NCBI RefSeq assembly: GCF_013149785.1
Contig: NZ_JABEZU010000004.1
Location: forward strand, 62,001 to 126,000
Length of the DNA stretch: 64,000 nucleotides
Direction of reading: 5' to 3'
From: Isoptericola halotolerans
GTDB lineage: Bacteria > Actinomycetota > Actinomycetes > Actinomycetales > Cellulomonadaceae
Below, piece after piece: positions 49,303 to 59,300 of the stretch. The notes under the pieces were generated by a model. The model did no database searches, was not told the DNA's origin, and was given only the letters and a program-made list of their open reading frames with translations. The position numbers were made by a program, and so were the translations under genes. Position 1 is the first letter of the stretch. Every line of letters begins with the position of its first letter.

Positions 49303-50712
49303 TCACGTGAACGGCAGGACGAGCCAGCCACGGCGGAAGCCGAGGACGGTCGCCGCGGTGCCGGTGGCCAGCGCGGTGATGCCGTACGCGAGCAGCTCGC
49401 CGGTCGACGGGCCGTCGTCGGGCAGCTCGGGGACGAGGCCCTGCGTGCCGCCGCCGAGCGTGGCGGCCGCGCCGGCCGGGAAGAGCACGAACGGGTCCTC
49501 GACCGGTGGTGGGAACAGGCCTGGCGCACCGAGGGCACGGGTCGCTGCGACACCGTCCCGGGCGAGCCCGGCGGCCGGGCTCGTCGCGGGGGCGAGCACG
49601 TCCGCGCTCGGGACGGTGCCGGCCGGCCCCGGGGAGCCGTCTGTACCGGTCCCTGTCGCGTCGGGCCCGGTCGCGCCCGGCCCGACGGTCCCGCCGCCGG
49701 GTCCGGGGCCGCCGGGTCCGGGGCCGCCGGGGTCGTCGTCCGTGGGCGACCCGACGCTGCGGGAGGCGTCGAAGCTCACCGCGACGGGCGACGGGGGCTT
49801 GAAGCGGTCGCGGATCCCGCCCGAGGTGTACCAGTACGAGCTCAGGCCGGTCTCCTGCTGGAACGCGACGAAGTTCCGCGGGAACGCCCCCCAGCAGCGG
49901 TTCGTCTCGTCGCGCTGGAGCTGGTCGCCGGCGACGGACAGGACGTCGACACCGCACCAGTCCGGTGCGAGGGTTCCACCGAGGCCGGAGGCGTCGATCC
50001 GACCACCGGTGAACGTCGCCAACGAGACGCGGCGCTCGCGCAGCGGCACCCACTTCGTCTGGTCCGCCATGTCGGTGCCGAACCCGCCGACCACCGCGGT
50101 GAGGCGACCGTCGCCCCGCGCGTCGAGGACCAGCCGGGGGTCGGTGGCCCACCAGTAGCTCAGCCCGCCGTAGTAGACGACGCTGAAGGTGCCGCTCCAC
50201 GAGACGTCGAGCGAGCCGTCGTCGTCGCGCACACCCTTGCCACCGACGACGACGACCTCGGCGCCGCTGGTGTTCTCGGCCGACATGCTCAGCGGGGTCC
50301 CGTCCGGGGCCTGGCAGCGCGTGGCGTAGCGCACCCGCGGCTCGTCGGCCGGCCCGGGCCGCACCACGCTGACCTTCCCGGCGGCAGCCCGGTAGAGCCC
50401 GGAGTCACCGGCACCCCACACGAAGCTGCCGCCCGCGTCGCCGTCGTCGCCCGGTCGCCCGGCCATGAGGAAGTTGCACCCGCCGTAGAAGTTCGCACCG
50501 ACGGACTCGGGGTTGACGCTCCAGCGCAGCTCGGCGTTCGTCAGGGTCGCGGCGGTGGGCCGCTCGGGCACCGTCACGGTGACCGTGACGTCACCACCCG
50601 CGCGCTGCGGGGGGCCGAGGTCGTCGCCGTCGGACGCCGTCGCGGTCGAGGTCGCTCCCAGCGCGAGGCCGACCGCGAGCAGCACGGCACCGAGGCGTCC
50701 GGTGCGGGTCAT
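49303..50712 (-). CDS. Surface protein with divergent HtaA-like domain and C-terminal TM anchor
   Basis: Signal peptide; LRWSVNPES, GTFSVVYYGG, SYWYTSGG; Gly/Pro linker; terminal hydrophobic helix. Confidence 0.65.
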   Translation of the reverse strand: MTRTGRLGAVLLAVGLALGATSTATASDGDDLGPPQRAGGDVTVTVTVPERPTAATLTNAELRWSVNPESVGANFYGGCNFLMAGRPGDDGDAGGSFVWGAGDSGLYRAAAGKVSVVRPGPADEPRVRYATRCQAPDGTPLSMSAENTSGAEVVVVGGKGVRDDDGSLDVSWSGTFSVVYYGGLSYWWATDPRLVLDARGDGRLTAVVGGFGTDMADQTKWVPLRERRVSLATFTGGRIDASGLGGTLAPDWCGVDVLSVAGDQLQRDETNRCWGAFPRNFVAFQQETGLSSYWYTSGGIRDRFKPPSPVAVSFDASRSVGSPTDDDPGGPGPGGPGPGGGTVGPGATGPDATGTGTDGSPGPAGTVPSADVLAPATSPAAGLARDGVAATRALGAPGLFPPPVEDPFVLFPAGAAATLGGGTQGLVPELPDDGPSTGELLAYGITALATGTAATVLGFRRGWLVLPFT

Positions 50713-52049
50713 GCCCGCTCCTCCTCGTCCGGGTCGGCCGACGCCTCGTTCAGGACGACCGCCGCCCGGCGCCGGCGCACGCCGGCGACGGCCGAGGTCA
50801 CCACGACCACCAGGAGCAGCAGCAGCGCCGCCCCGGCCGCGAGCTCGGCACCCGAGTAGCCGGTGCCCCACGCCCCCGCGGCGGCCACGGTCCCGGTGCC
50901 CGCGGCGGAGGCCATGATCGCCGCCTCCTCGGCGGCGGCGTCCGCCGGGTCACGGGTCACGACGATCTCGACCTCTGGCTGCTTGCCGGACGACGCGCCG
51001 GTCACCTTGAGGACGTGGGTGCCGAGCCGCAGGTCGCCCGGCAGCTCCAGCAGCCCGGCGATCTCCCCGTGCGCACCGGCCGTGAGCGGACCGACGGCGA
51101 GCTCGCCGTCGTCGAGCACCGCCACGACCTGCTCCCCCGGCTCGAAGCCCTGGCCGGCGAAGCTCAGCACCCGCCCGGCCACGGCGGTCGCCTGGTCGAA
51201 CCCGATGGTCGCGGGCCCGGACTCCTCGGCCGACGGCGACGCCGACGGGGCCGACCCCGTGCCGCCGGCATCCGCCGGCGCGTCCGGGAGGCCCGGGTCG
51301 CGGGTACTGCCGCCACCCGCACCGTCGGTCGTGCCGTCGGCAGCGCCGGTGCCGGTGCCGGTGCCGGTGCCGGTGCCGGTGCCGGTGCCGGTGCCGCCCG
51401 AACCGTTCCCCGAGCCCGCGCCGTCCCCCGCGTCGGTGCTTCCCGAGCCGCCGGAGCCTCCACCCGCACCGGAGCCGCCCGAGCCGAAGCTCACGGGGGT
51501 GAAGGTCTCGTTGGCCGCGTTCGCCACCCCGTGCGCCCCGATGGTGATCACCCCGCACTGCACCGCGGTGCAGTCGACCTGCACGGCACGCCCGGACCGG
51601 TCCATCGCGTCGAACCGCGGACCCGGGACGACGATCGAGGTCGACCAGCTGCCGTCCTTCGCGATCGTCCCCCCGTTGGCCTCGTCCGCGGTGCTGGATC
51701 CGGGATGGGCGACGAACCGCTGGTAGCCGGCGTTGTCGGCGGACTCCGAGTCCGGCACGTACCGCAGCGTCTCGCCCGACGTCCCCCCCTGGCTCGGCGC
51801 CCACGAACCGTCCGACACCCAGCCGAAGAGCACGTAGATACCGCCGAAGCCCTTCGGCACGGACTGGAAGCCTGCGCCGGACAGGCGCAACGTCGTCGGA
51901 CCCGTGGCCGACGCACGCGCGCCGCCGTCGAGACCGGAGACGCTCACGCGTGCGGCGGCCTGCGCGGGCGTCGACCCGCCGGGGACGAGCGCCGGTGCGC
52001 CCACACCGAGGACGAGCACCAGGGCGACGGTCGCGGCCAGGCGTCTCAT
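50709..52049 (-). CDS. Surface protein with two Ig-like domains, Gly/Thr linker and C-terminal TM
   Basis: LRLSGAGF..GIYVLFG..WAPS..DGSWS, VDCTAVQCGVITIGAHG; second domain GQGFEPGEQV..LGTH; TM plus RRRR. Confidence 0.75.
   Translation of the reverse strand: MRRLAATVALVLVLGVGAPALVPGGSTPAQAAARVSVSGLDGGARASATGPTTLRLSGAGFQSVPKGFGGIYVLFGWVSDGSWAPSQGGTSGETLRYVPDSESADNAGYQRFVAHPGSSTADEANGGTIAKDGSWSTSIVVPGPRFDAMDRSGRAVQVDCTAVQCGVITIGAHGVANAANETFTPVSFGSGGSGAGGGSGGSGSTDAGDGAGSGNGSGGTGTGTGTGTGTGTGTGAADGTTDGAGGGSTRDPGLPDAPADAGGTGSAPSASPSAEESGPATIGFDQATAVAGRVLSFAGQGFEPGEQVVAVLDDGELAVGPLTAGAHGEIAGLLELPGDLRLGTHVLKVTGASSGKQPEVEIVVTRDPADAAAEEAAIMASAAGTGTVAAAGAWGTGYSGAELAAGAALLLLLVVVVTSAVAGVRRRRAAVVLNEASADPDEEERA
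51345..51396. repeat. (GCCGGT)8 hexamer microsatellite encoding a Thr-Gly linker
   Basis: Eight perfect copies plus a partial, counted directly. Confidence 0.95.
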
Positions 52050-52846
52050 GACGCCACCTCCTGCCGTTCGTGGGATCCGTGACGTGGCAGCACCAGGAGA
52101 GCGCCCGTCACGGGGTGGGTGAGGACGTCGACGGTGTGGTCGTAGACGTCGGTGAGGAGAGCGGAGGTCAGGACGTCGGCCGGGGCGCCGTCGGCGACGA
52201 CCGCCCCCCGGTGCAGGACGACGACGCGATCGGCCCAGGCGGCGGCGAGCGGCAGGTCGTGCAGGACGACGACGGCGGCACCACCGGCGTCGGCGTGGCG
52301 GCGGGCCTGGGCGAGCACCCGGGTCTGGTGCTTGACGTCCAGGGCCGCGGTCGGCTCGTCGAGGAGCAGCAACCGCGCCTCCTGGGCGAGCACGCGGGCG
52401 AGCGAGACACGGGCCTTCTCCCCGCCGGACAGGGTCGGGAAGCGACGCGCGGCGAGATGGGTGACGTCGGCCGCCGCGAGCGCCGCGGCCACCACGGCGT
52501 CGTCCCGGTCCGCCGACGAGCTGCCCTCCCACGGGGCGCGTCCCATCCGCACGACGTCCACGACGCGGAACGGGAAGGCGACGCGGTTCTCCTGCAGCAG
52601 CACCGCACGGCGGCGCGCGAGCTCGCCCGGGCGCACGGCGGCCAGCGGCTCGCCCTGCCAGGTGACCGTGCCGGCGTCGGGGGCGCGGTCGCCCGCCAGC
52701 ACCGACAGCAGCGTGGACTTGCCCGCACCGTTCGGGCCGACGACGACGAGGACCTCGCCGGTGCGCACCGCGACGTCGACACCGTCGAGCAGCGTGGCGT
52801 CGCCGATGCGGACACCGGCGCCGCGGACGGTCAGCAGAGGGTTCAC
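52046..52846 (-). CDS. hmuV: Heme ABC transporter ATP-binding protein
   Basis: GPNGAGKST, ELARRRAVLLQE, LSGGEKARV, LDEPTAALD, VLHDL; locus context. Confidence 0.9.
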   Translation of the reverse strand: MNPLLTVRGAGVRIGDATLLDGVDVAVRTGEVLVVVGPNGAGKSTLLSVLAGDRAPDAGTVTWQGEPLAAVRPGELARRRAVLLQENRVAFPFRVVDVVRMGRAPWEGSSSADRDDAVVAAALAAADVTHLAARRFPTLSGGEKARVSLARVLAQEARLLLLDEPTAALDVKHQTRVLAQARRHADAGGAAVVVLHDLPLAAAWADRVVVLHRGAVVADGAPADVLTSALLTDVYDHTVDVLTHPVTGALLVLPRHGSHERQEVAS

Positions 52847-53955
52847 GCCCAGCCTCCGGCCTGGCGGCGGGTGCGGTACACGAGCCAGAGGAAGAACGGC
52901 CCGCCGACGAGCGCGGTGAGCATGCCGATCGGCAGCTCGGCGTAGGGCACGACGGTGCGGGCGACGAGGTCGGCGGCGAGCAGCAGCACGGCGCCGCCGA
53001 GGGCGCTGGCCGGCACCAGCACCCGGTGGCCGGGTCCGACGGCCATCCGCACGAGATGCGGCACGACGAGCCCGACGAACGAGATGATCCCGCAGAACGC
53101 GACGGCCGCGGCGGTGAGCATCGCGACGAGGACGACGGCGACGACGCGCAGCCGCTCGACGTCGACCCCGAGGTGCCGGGCGGGACGCTCGCCGAGCGCG
53201 AGCAGGTCGAGCCGGCGGGCCAGCACGATCGCGCCGACGAGGCCGAGCACCACCAGCGGGGCGACGATCGCGACGTACACCCAGCGGGTGCCGTTGAGGG
53301 AGCCGAGCTGCCAGAAGACGATCTCCTCGCGGGCCTGCGTGTCGCCGAGGAACGTGAACAGGGCCAGCCCGGCGCCGCAGACCGCGTTGACGGCGACCCC
53401 CGTGAGCACGAGGGTGACCACCTCGGTGCGGCCCCCGGCCCGGGCCATCGCGTAGACGACGAACGTGGCGACGAGCCCACCGACGAACGCTGCGGCCGCC
53501 GTCGTCCACGGGCCGAACGCCGTGAGGCCGAGGGCGATGGTCGCGGCGGCGGCGACCGCGGCCCCCGACGAGACGCCGACGACGCCGGGTTCGGCCAGCG
53601 GGTTGCCGAAGACGCCCTGCATGACGGCGCCTGCGGCGGCGAGCGCCGCGCCGACGAGGACCGCCATCACCACGCGGGGGAACCGGACCGTCCACAGGGC
53701 GGTGTACCCGTGGGGGTGGGCCGGCTCGGGACCGAGGTCGAGGCCCACGCCGCGGGCGAGCGCGCCGAGCACCTCGGAGGCCGGCACGTGCAGCTGGCCG
53801 GACCCCGCGGAGACGACGGCCAGCACCCCGAGCGTCACGGCCAGGACGGTGAAGAGCGCGGTGACCCGGCCGGTGCGAGCGGGCGGGAGCGGGCCCGGCG
53901 CCGGCGACGGGGCCGGAGCGGCGTCGGCCCGCTGCTGCTCGACGGCGGCGCTCAC
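52843..53955 (-). CDS. hmuU: Heme ABC transporter permease (FecCD family)
   Basis: RFPRVV, NPLAEPGVVGVSSGA, FWQLGSL, GIISFVGLVVPH, ELPIG. Confidence 0.9.
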   Translation of the reverse strand: MSAAVEQQRADAAPAPSPAPGPLPPARTGRVTALFTVLAVTLGVLAVVSAGSGQLHVPASEVLGALARGVGLDLGPEPAHPHGYTALWTVRFPRVVMAVLVGAALAAAGAVMQGVFGNPLAEPGVVGVSSGAAVAAAATIALGLTAFGPWTTAAAAFVGGLVATFVVYAMARAGGRTEVVTLVLTGVAVNAVCGAGLALFTFLGDTQAREEIVFWQLGSLNGTRWVYVAIVAPLVVLGLVGAIVLARRLDLLALGERPARHLGVDVERLRVVAVVLVAMLTAAAVAFCGIISFVGLVVPHLVRMAVGPGHRVLVPASALGGAVLLLAADLVARTVVPYAELPIGMLTALVGGPFFLWLVYRTRRQAGGWA

Positions 53956-55076
53956 CCCAGGCTCCCGGGCGCGTAGAAGGCGCGGGCGAGCGAGTCGAGC
54001 ACGCCGGTGGTGGCGGGGCCGAAGGCGAGCACCTGGCTGTCGGGCATGGCGACGACCCGGCGGTTCTCCCCCGCCGGCGTCTGGGCGAGGGCGGGCAGAC
54101 GCTCGAGCAGACCGTCCACCCCCCCGACGGAGTCCAGGCCGCCGGACATCATGAGCAGCAGGTCCGGCTGGGCGGAGATGATCCCCTCGTCGTTGACCGG
54201 CCGCATGCCGGTCCACCCGATCTCCCCGGCGACGTCGACGGCGCCGAGCGCCTCGATGAGCGAGTCCGCGCCGGACCCGTCCCCGAAGAGGTAGTAGACG
54301 CCGGACTGGCCGCGGACGTAGAGGAAGGCGACGCGCAGCTTGTCGGCGTCGTCGTCCGGGGCGAGCGCGGCGACCTGGGCGACGGTGGCGTCGATCTGCG
54401 ACTGCGTCCGCTCGGCCAGCTCGTCGCCGGCGTCGGCCATGCCCAGCGCGTCGGCGACGGCGCGGGTCAGGTCGGCGGCGTTCTCGGTGCTGCGGTGCGG
54501 GTCCAGGACGACGACGGGGATGCCGGCGTCGCGCATCTGCAGCACGACGTCCCACGGGCCGAGCGTGGTGTCGGTGAGGATGACGCTGGGCGCGAGGTCG
54601 AGGATCGCCTCGGCGGTGAGCTCGTGGCCGTTCGAGGTGACCTCGGGTCGGTCGAGGATCTCGGGGAACGTCGAGGACGTGTCCCGGCCGACGACGCTGT
54701 CCCCCAGGCCGAGCTCGAAGACCGTGCGCGAGAGCGTGCCGTACAGGTCGATGGCGAGGATGCGGCTGGTGTCGGTGACGGTGACCTCGGTGCCCTGCGC
54801 GTCGGTGACGGTGGCGGGCAGCGCGGGCTCGGGGTCCTCGCGGACCGGCTCGACGGGGGTGCCTGCCGCCTCGACCACGACCTCACCGGTCCAGGCCGTC
54901 GGGTCGCTGAGCACGTCGTCCCCGTCCGCCAGGTCGCCGAGGGCGGGGCCCGCGGCGACGGTGGTGGCGCCGTCGTCGTGCGTGGTGGCGCCGCAAGCGG
55001 TGAGGAGCCCGAGGACGACGACGGTGAGGCCGGCGGTCAGGGCGGAGGTTCCGGTGCGGCGTCGGGCCGGGGACAT
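53952..55076 (-). CDS. hmuT: Heme ABC transporter substrate-binding lipoprotein
   Basis: LTAC lipobox; VVGRD, VTSNGHEL (His), FLYVRGQSGVYY (Tyr), QTPAGENRR. Confidence 0.9.
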   Translation of the reverse strand: MSPARRRTGTSALTAGLTVVVLGLLTACGATTHDDGATTVAAGPALGDLADGDDVLSDPTAWTGEVVVEAAGTPVEPVREDPEPALPATVTDAQGTEVTVTDTSRILAIDLYGTLSRTVFELGLGDSVVGRDTSSTFPEILDRPEVTSNGHELTAEAILDLAPSVILTDTTLGPWDVVLQMRDAGIPVVVLDPHRSTENAADLTRAVADALGMADAGDELAERTQSQIDATVAQVAALAPDDDADKLRVAFLYVRGQSGVYYLFGDGSGADSLIEALGAVDVAGEIGWTGMRPVNDEGIISAQPDLLLMMSGGLDSVGGVDGLLERLPALAQTPAGENRRVVAMPDSQVLAFGPATTGVLDSLARAFYAPGSLG

Positions 55077-55098
55077 GCAGGGCTCCTTCGTGCGCACG

Positions 55099-55137
55099 TC
55101 AGGGTAGGCACACCTAAGTTAGATGAGGCTAGCCTTC
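55099..55137. promoter_or_regulatory. Two adjacent DtxR/IdeR-like boxes upstream of hmuT
   Basis: 55099..55117 = TTAGGTGTGCCTACCCTGA (minus) and 55119..55137 = TTAGATGAGGCTAGCCTTC, versus consensus TTAGGTTAGSCTAACCTAA. Confidence 0.85.
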
Positions 55138-55199
55138 GGCGCTAGGGTCCGGGCAGGGAAGAAGATGTGCGGCCCGTCACAGGGCCGCGCGAGAGAGGA

Positions 55200-55859
55200 T
55201 CAGGCCGGGGCGCCCGGGTGGGCGGCGCCGAGCTCGACGAAGACCGCCCGGTTGAGCCGGAACGCCTCCTGCGCCTCCGCCACCGCGGCGGCGACCTCGA
55301 CGGCGTCCAGGCCGAGCCCGTCGAGGCGCTCGCGGTAGACGTCCTTGAACGGCTTCGACTTCGGGATCTGCGGGAAGTCGTAGAACTCCAGGCCCGGCGC
55401 GCCCATGCCGTAGTGCCGCTGCATCATGCGCTGGATGATCTGTCCGCCGGAGAGGTCACCCAGGTAGCGCGTGTAGGCGTGGGCCGCGTACTCCGGGAGT
55501 CGGGTGCCCACCTCGCGCAACCGGGCCACGTAGACGTCCGCGGCCGGCAGGATGCGGATCTCGGTCCGCCACGACGAGCCGTAGAGGTGAGCCAGGTCCC
55601 GCTCGATGGCCGGGACCCTCGTCAGCTCGTCGAACACCAGGTCGGCACCCCGCGCGTCGCGTCGCACCACGGCGCTCGCCTCCTCCAGCGCGGTGTACAC
55701 CGCGAGCTGCTGTGCGGCGAGGTCCGCGTAGGCCGCCACGTCGAGGCCCCCGGTCATGAGGCGCGACACGAAGCCCTCGGACTCGGCGTCCTGGTGCTCG
55801 GCACGGGTCCCCTCGCGCAGGAGCGCGGACAGCGGTGCCTCGGGAGCGAGGGTGGACAT
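55200..55859 (-). CDS. hmuO: Biliverdin-producing heme oxygenase
   Basis: LREGTRAEHQDAE (proximal His), AHAYTRYLGDLSGGQII, FKDVYR, EAQEAFRLN. Confidence 0.93.
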   Translation of the reverse strand: MSTLAPEAPLSALLREGTRAEHQDAESEGFVSRLMTGGLDVAAYADLAAQQLAVYTALEEASAVVRRDARGADLVFDELTRVPAIERDLAHLYGSSWRTEIRILPAADVYVARLREVGTRLPEYAAHAYTRYLGDLSGGQIIQRMMQRHYGMGAPGLEFYDFPQIPKSKPFKDVYRERLDGLGLDAVEVAAAVAEAQEAFRLNRAVFVELGAAHPGAPA

Positions 55860-55925
55860 GACGGCCTCCAGAGGGTCGTGACGACCTGACAGATCGTCAG
55901 GACGTCGCCACCGTAGCACCTGGAG

Positions 55926-55944
55926 TTAGGGTTGCCTACCCTCC
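55926..55944. promoter_or_regulatory. DtxR/IdeR-like box upstream of hmuO
   Basis: TTAGGGTTGCCTACCCTCC, 14/19 to consensus. Confidence 0.75.
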
Positions 55945-55965
55945 ATCTCGAAGGGTGGAGGGCGC

Positions 55966-56139
55966 TCAGGAGCGCACGGCACCCAGGACCACGAGCACCG
56001 CACCCCAGAAGGTCAGCCCGAGGCCGACGGCGATCACCATGCCGTGCGGGCCGGGCGACGCCGCCCGTCGCGCGGTCCACACAGCCCGGCCCGCCACCAC
56101 GACGCCGAGCACGATCAGGCCTGCCCCCCACCAGAACAT
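55966..56139 (-). CDS. Small two-TM hypothetical protein (57 aa)
   Basis: MFWWGAGLIVLGVVVAG..RR..MVIAVGLGLTFWGAVLVVLG. Confidence 0.55.
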   Translation of the reverse strand: MFWWGAGLIVLGVVVAGRAVWTARRAASPGPHGMVIAVGLGLTFWGAVLVVLGAVRS

Positions 56140-56354
56140 GGCCCCATCGTCCGCGATAACGGTTGCCTGTGCATCCTGGGGCCTTTGCCCGGTTGATCCT
56201 GGTCGGACCGTCACACGCCTGATACACGCTCGAATGTTGCTCGCATCACACAAGCCGTATGTTGCGGAGTGACCTCCGACGTCGGCATCGCCACACCGAG
56301 GTGGCACCGCGTGGGAAGTCTCGTTCGACGGACCGAGACGAAGGGTGCGCTCAC

Positions 56355-59300
56355 ATGCGCTTACGGAACCACCAGTCCACGATCCGGCTCGCCGCCGCCA
56401 CCTCAGGCGCCGCGCTGGTCATCACCACGCTCACCGCCACGGGAGCGGGCGCCGCGCCGCCCGACCCGGACGACCTCTCCCTCACCGGCAACCAGCCCGC
56501 CGCGACGGAGCGGCACGACGGGCCCAAGGCCCCCACCAGCGCGCTGGTGGAGACCTCCGAGAAGCTGCTCACGCTGAGCTCGAGCACGAAGGTCCCCGTC
56601 CTGGTCAAGTACGACTACGACGCCGTGGCCTCCTACGACGGGTCCGTCCCGGAGTACGAGGCGACCAGCCCGGCGGTCACCGGCGAGCCGCTGTCGGAGT
56701 CCGCTCCGGCGGAGAGGCGGTACCGCGCGTACGTCGAGGAGCAGGAGCGCTCGATCACCGCGGACGTCACCGACGCCGTCCCCGCCACCGAGGTCGTGGA
56801 CACCTTCGACGTCGTCTACGGCGGGATCGCCGCCCTCGTCCCGGGCGACCGGATCCCCGAGCTGCTCGAGGTGCCCGGCGTCGTGGCCGTCCAGGAGAAC
56901 ACCCTGGAGCAGCCGCTGACGGACTCCAGCACCGACTTCATCGGCGCCCCCGCCGCGTACGACGCGCTCGGCACCGAGGAGCTGGCCGGCGACGGTCTCG
57001 TGCTGGGCAACATCGACACCGGGCTCTGGCCCGAGCACCCCTCGTTCGCCGACGACGGCGACCTCACGCCGTACGACGGCCCACCCGTGGCGTGTCAGTA
57101 CGGGGACAACCCGCTCACCCCCGAGGACGACCCCTTCGAGTGCAACGACAAGCTGATCGGCGGCTACTCGTTCACGGGGCTGTACGACCTGCTCAACCCC
57201 GGGGAGTACCTGTACCAGGGCACGGCGCGCGACGCCGAGGGTCACGGCTCGCACACCTCGGGCACGACGGCGGGCAACGTCGTCGAGGACGTCCAGACCA
57301 TCGGACCCGAGCTGGCCAGGATCCAGGGCGTCGCACCCGGCGCGAAGATCATCGAGTACAAGGCCCTCGGCCCGGGCGGCGGCTACACGTCCGACCTGGT
57401 CGCCGCCGTGCAGCAGGCGATCGTCGACGACGTCGACGCGATCAACTACTCGATCTCCGGTGGCAGCACCGTCACCGACCCGATCGAGATCGCCTTCCTC
57501 AACGCCTACGACGCCGGCATCTTCGTGGCGGCCTCGGCCGGCAACTCCGGCCCCACCGCCGCCACGTCGAACCACGTCAGCCCGTGGGTCACCACCGTGG
57601 CCGCCTCCACGCAGACGCGGGAGTTCTCCTCGACGCTCACGCTGACGGCCGACGACGGCGCCACGTTCACCGCCGAGGGCGCCTCCATCGTGGAGGGGGT
57701 CGAGGAGCCGCTGCCGGTGGTGCACGCCGCCGAGGAACCCTACTCCGACCCGATGTGCCTGGAGCCGGCGCCGGACGGCCTGTTCGAGGGCACGATCGTG
57801 CTCTGCGAGCGCGGTCAGAACGCCCGTGTGCTCAAGGGCTACAACGTGCTCCAGGGCGACGCCGCCGGCATGGTCCTGTACAACCCGACGCTCGCCGACG
57901 TCGCCACCGACAACCACTACCTGCCCACGGTGCACCTGCCCGACGGCTCCGAGATGACGGCGTGGCTCGCCGACCGCACGGGCGTGACCGCGTCGTTCAC
58001 CGACGGCGCGCAGTCCGAGGGCCAGGGCGACGTCATCGCGGCGTTCTCCTCGCGCGGTCCGGCCGGTCCCGTCGTCAAGCCCGACATCACGGCACCCGGC
58101 GTGCAGATCCTCGCCGCCATGACGCCGACGCCGGAAGTCCCCGAGAGCGGCCCGTCCGGCCAGTACTACCAGTCGATCAACGGCACCTCGATGTCCGCGC
58201 CGCACGTCGCCGGCGTCGGGCTGCTGCTCCAGGCCGCCAACCCCGACTGGACTCCGGGCCAGATCAAGTCCGCCCTCATGACGCAGTCGACCACCGACGT
58301 CGTCAAGGAGGACCTGACCACCCCGGCCGACCCGTTCGACATGGGCGCCGGCCGGGTCGACGTCGAGGCCTCCCTGACGCCGCCGTTCACGATCAGCGAC
58401 ACCACGGAGAACTTCGCGGCCCTGACCTCGGACCCGGTCCGGGCCGTGGACCTCAACATCCCGTCGATCAACGCACCCACCCTGCCCGGACGGCTGACGA
58501 CCACGCGCACGCTGGAGAACACCTCCGGCCGCAACCTGGTGGTCCGCCCGACGGCCGACGCTCCGCGGGGCACGTCGATCTCCTTCAGCCCCCGGGTCGC
58601 GACCGTCAAGCCGGGCCGGTCGGTGTCGTTCGACATCACGATCACCGACACCTCGGCCTCCGGCGAGCAGCAGTTCGCCGAGATCACGTTCCGCACCCAG
58701 CGGGGCGACGGCCATCTCCCGGTCGCCTGGGTCCCCACCCAGGGCAACGTGGACCTCGCGCAGTCCTGCGACGCGGACTCGGTCCGCCTCAAGGGCTCGG
58801 TGACCTGCACGGTCTCGGCGACCAACGAGTCGTTCAACGAGCAGGCGGTGTCGGTCACCACCACGGGTGAGGGCGCGCTGAAGGGCAAGCGGACCGAGAC
58901 GGCGACCCTGGCGGCCGCCGAGCTGGGCGTGCCGAGCGTCGAGGTGCTCGACGACTCGGGCTTCCTCGATCTCGAGGGCTTCGGCATCGCACCGGAGTCG
59001 TTCGGCGACGAGACCCTGGAGAGCTACGACGTGCCCGCCTACGCCTACAACGGCCGCACGTACACGTCGATCGGCGTCAGCTCGAACGGCTACCTCGTGG
59101 CCGGGGGCGGGACGCAGGAGGACAGCAACTGCTGCGACCTGCCGGACGGCCCGTCACCGGCCCGCCCCAACTCGGTGCTCGCGCCGTTCTGGACGGACCT
59201 CAACAGCGTGGCCGGCGACGGCACCGCCGCGGAGGGCGTGCGGCTCGCCAGCCTCACCGACGGGGTGAGCTCGTGGCTGGTCGTGCAGTGGGACATGTAC

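Noticed and set aside
49410..49430. Sortase signal (LPDDG) in 49303..50712
   Set aside because: Not canonical LPxTG and no sortase in the window; a plain TM anchor is sufficient
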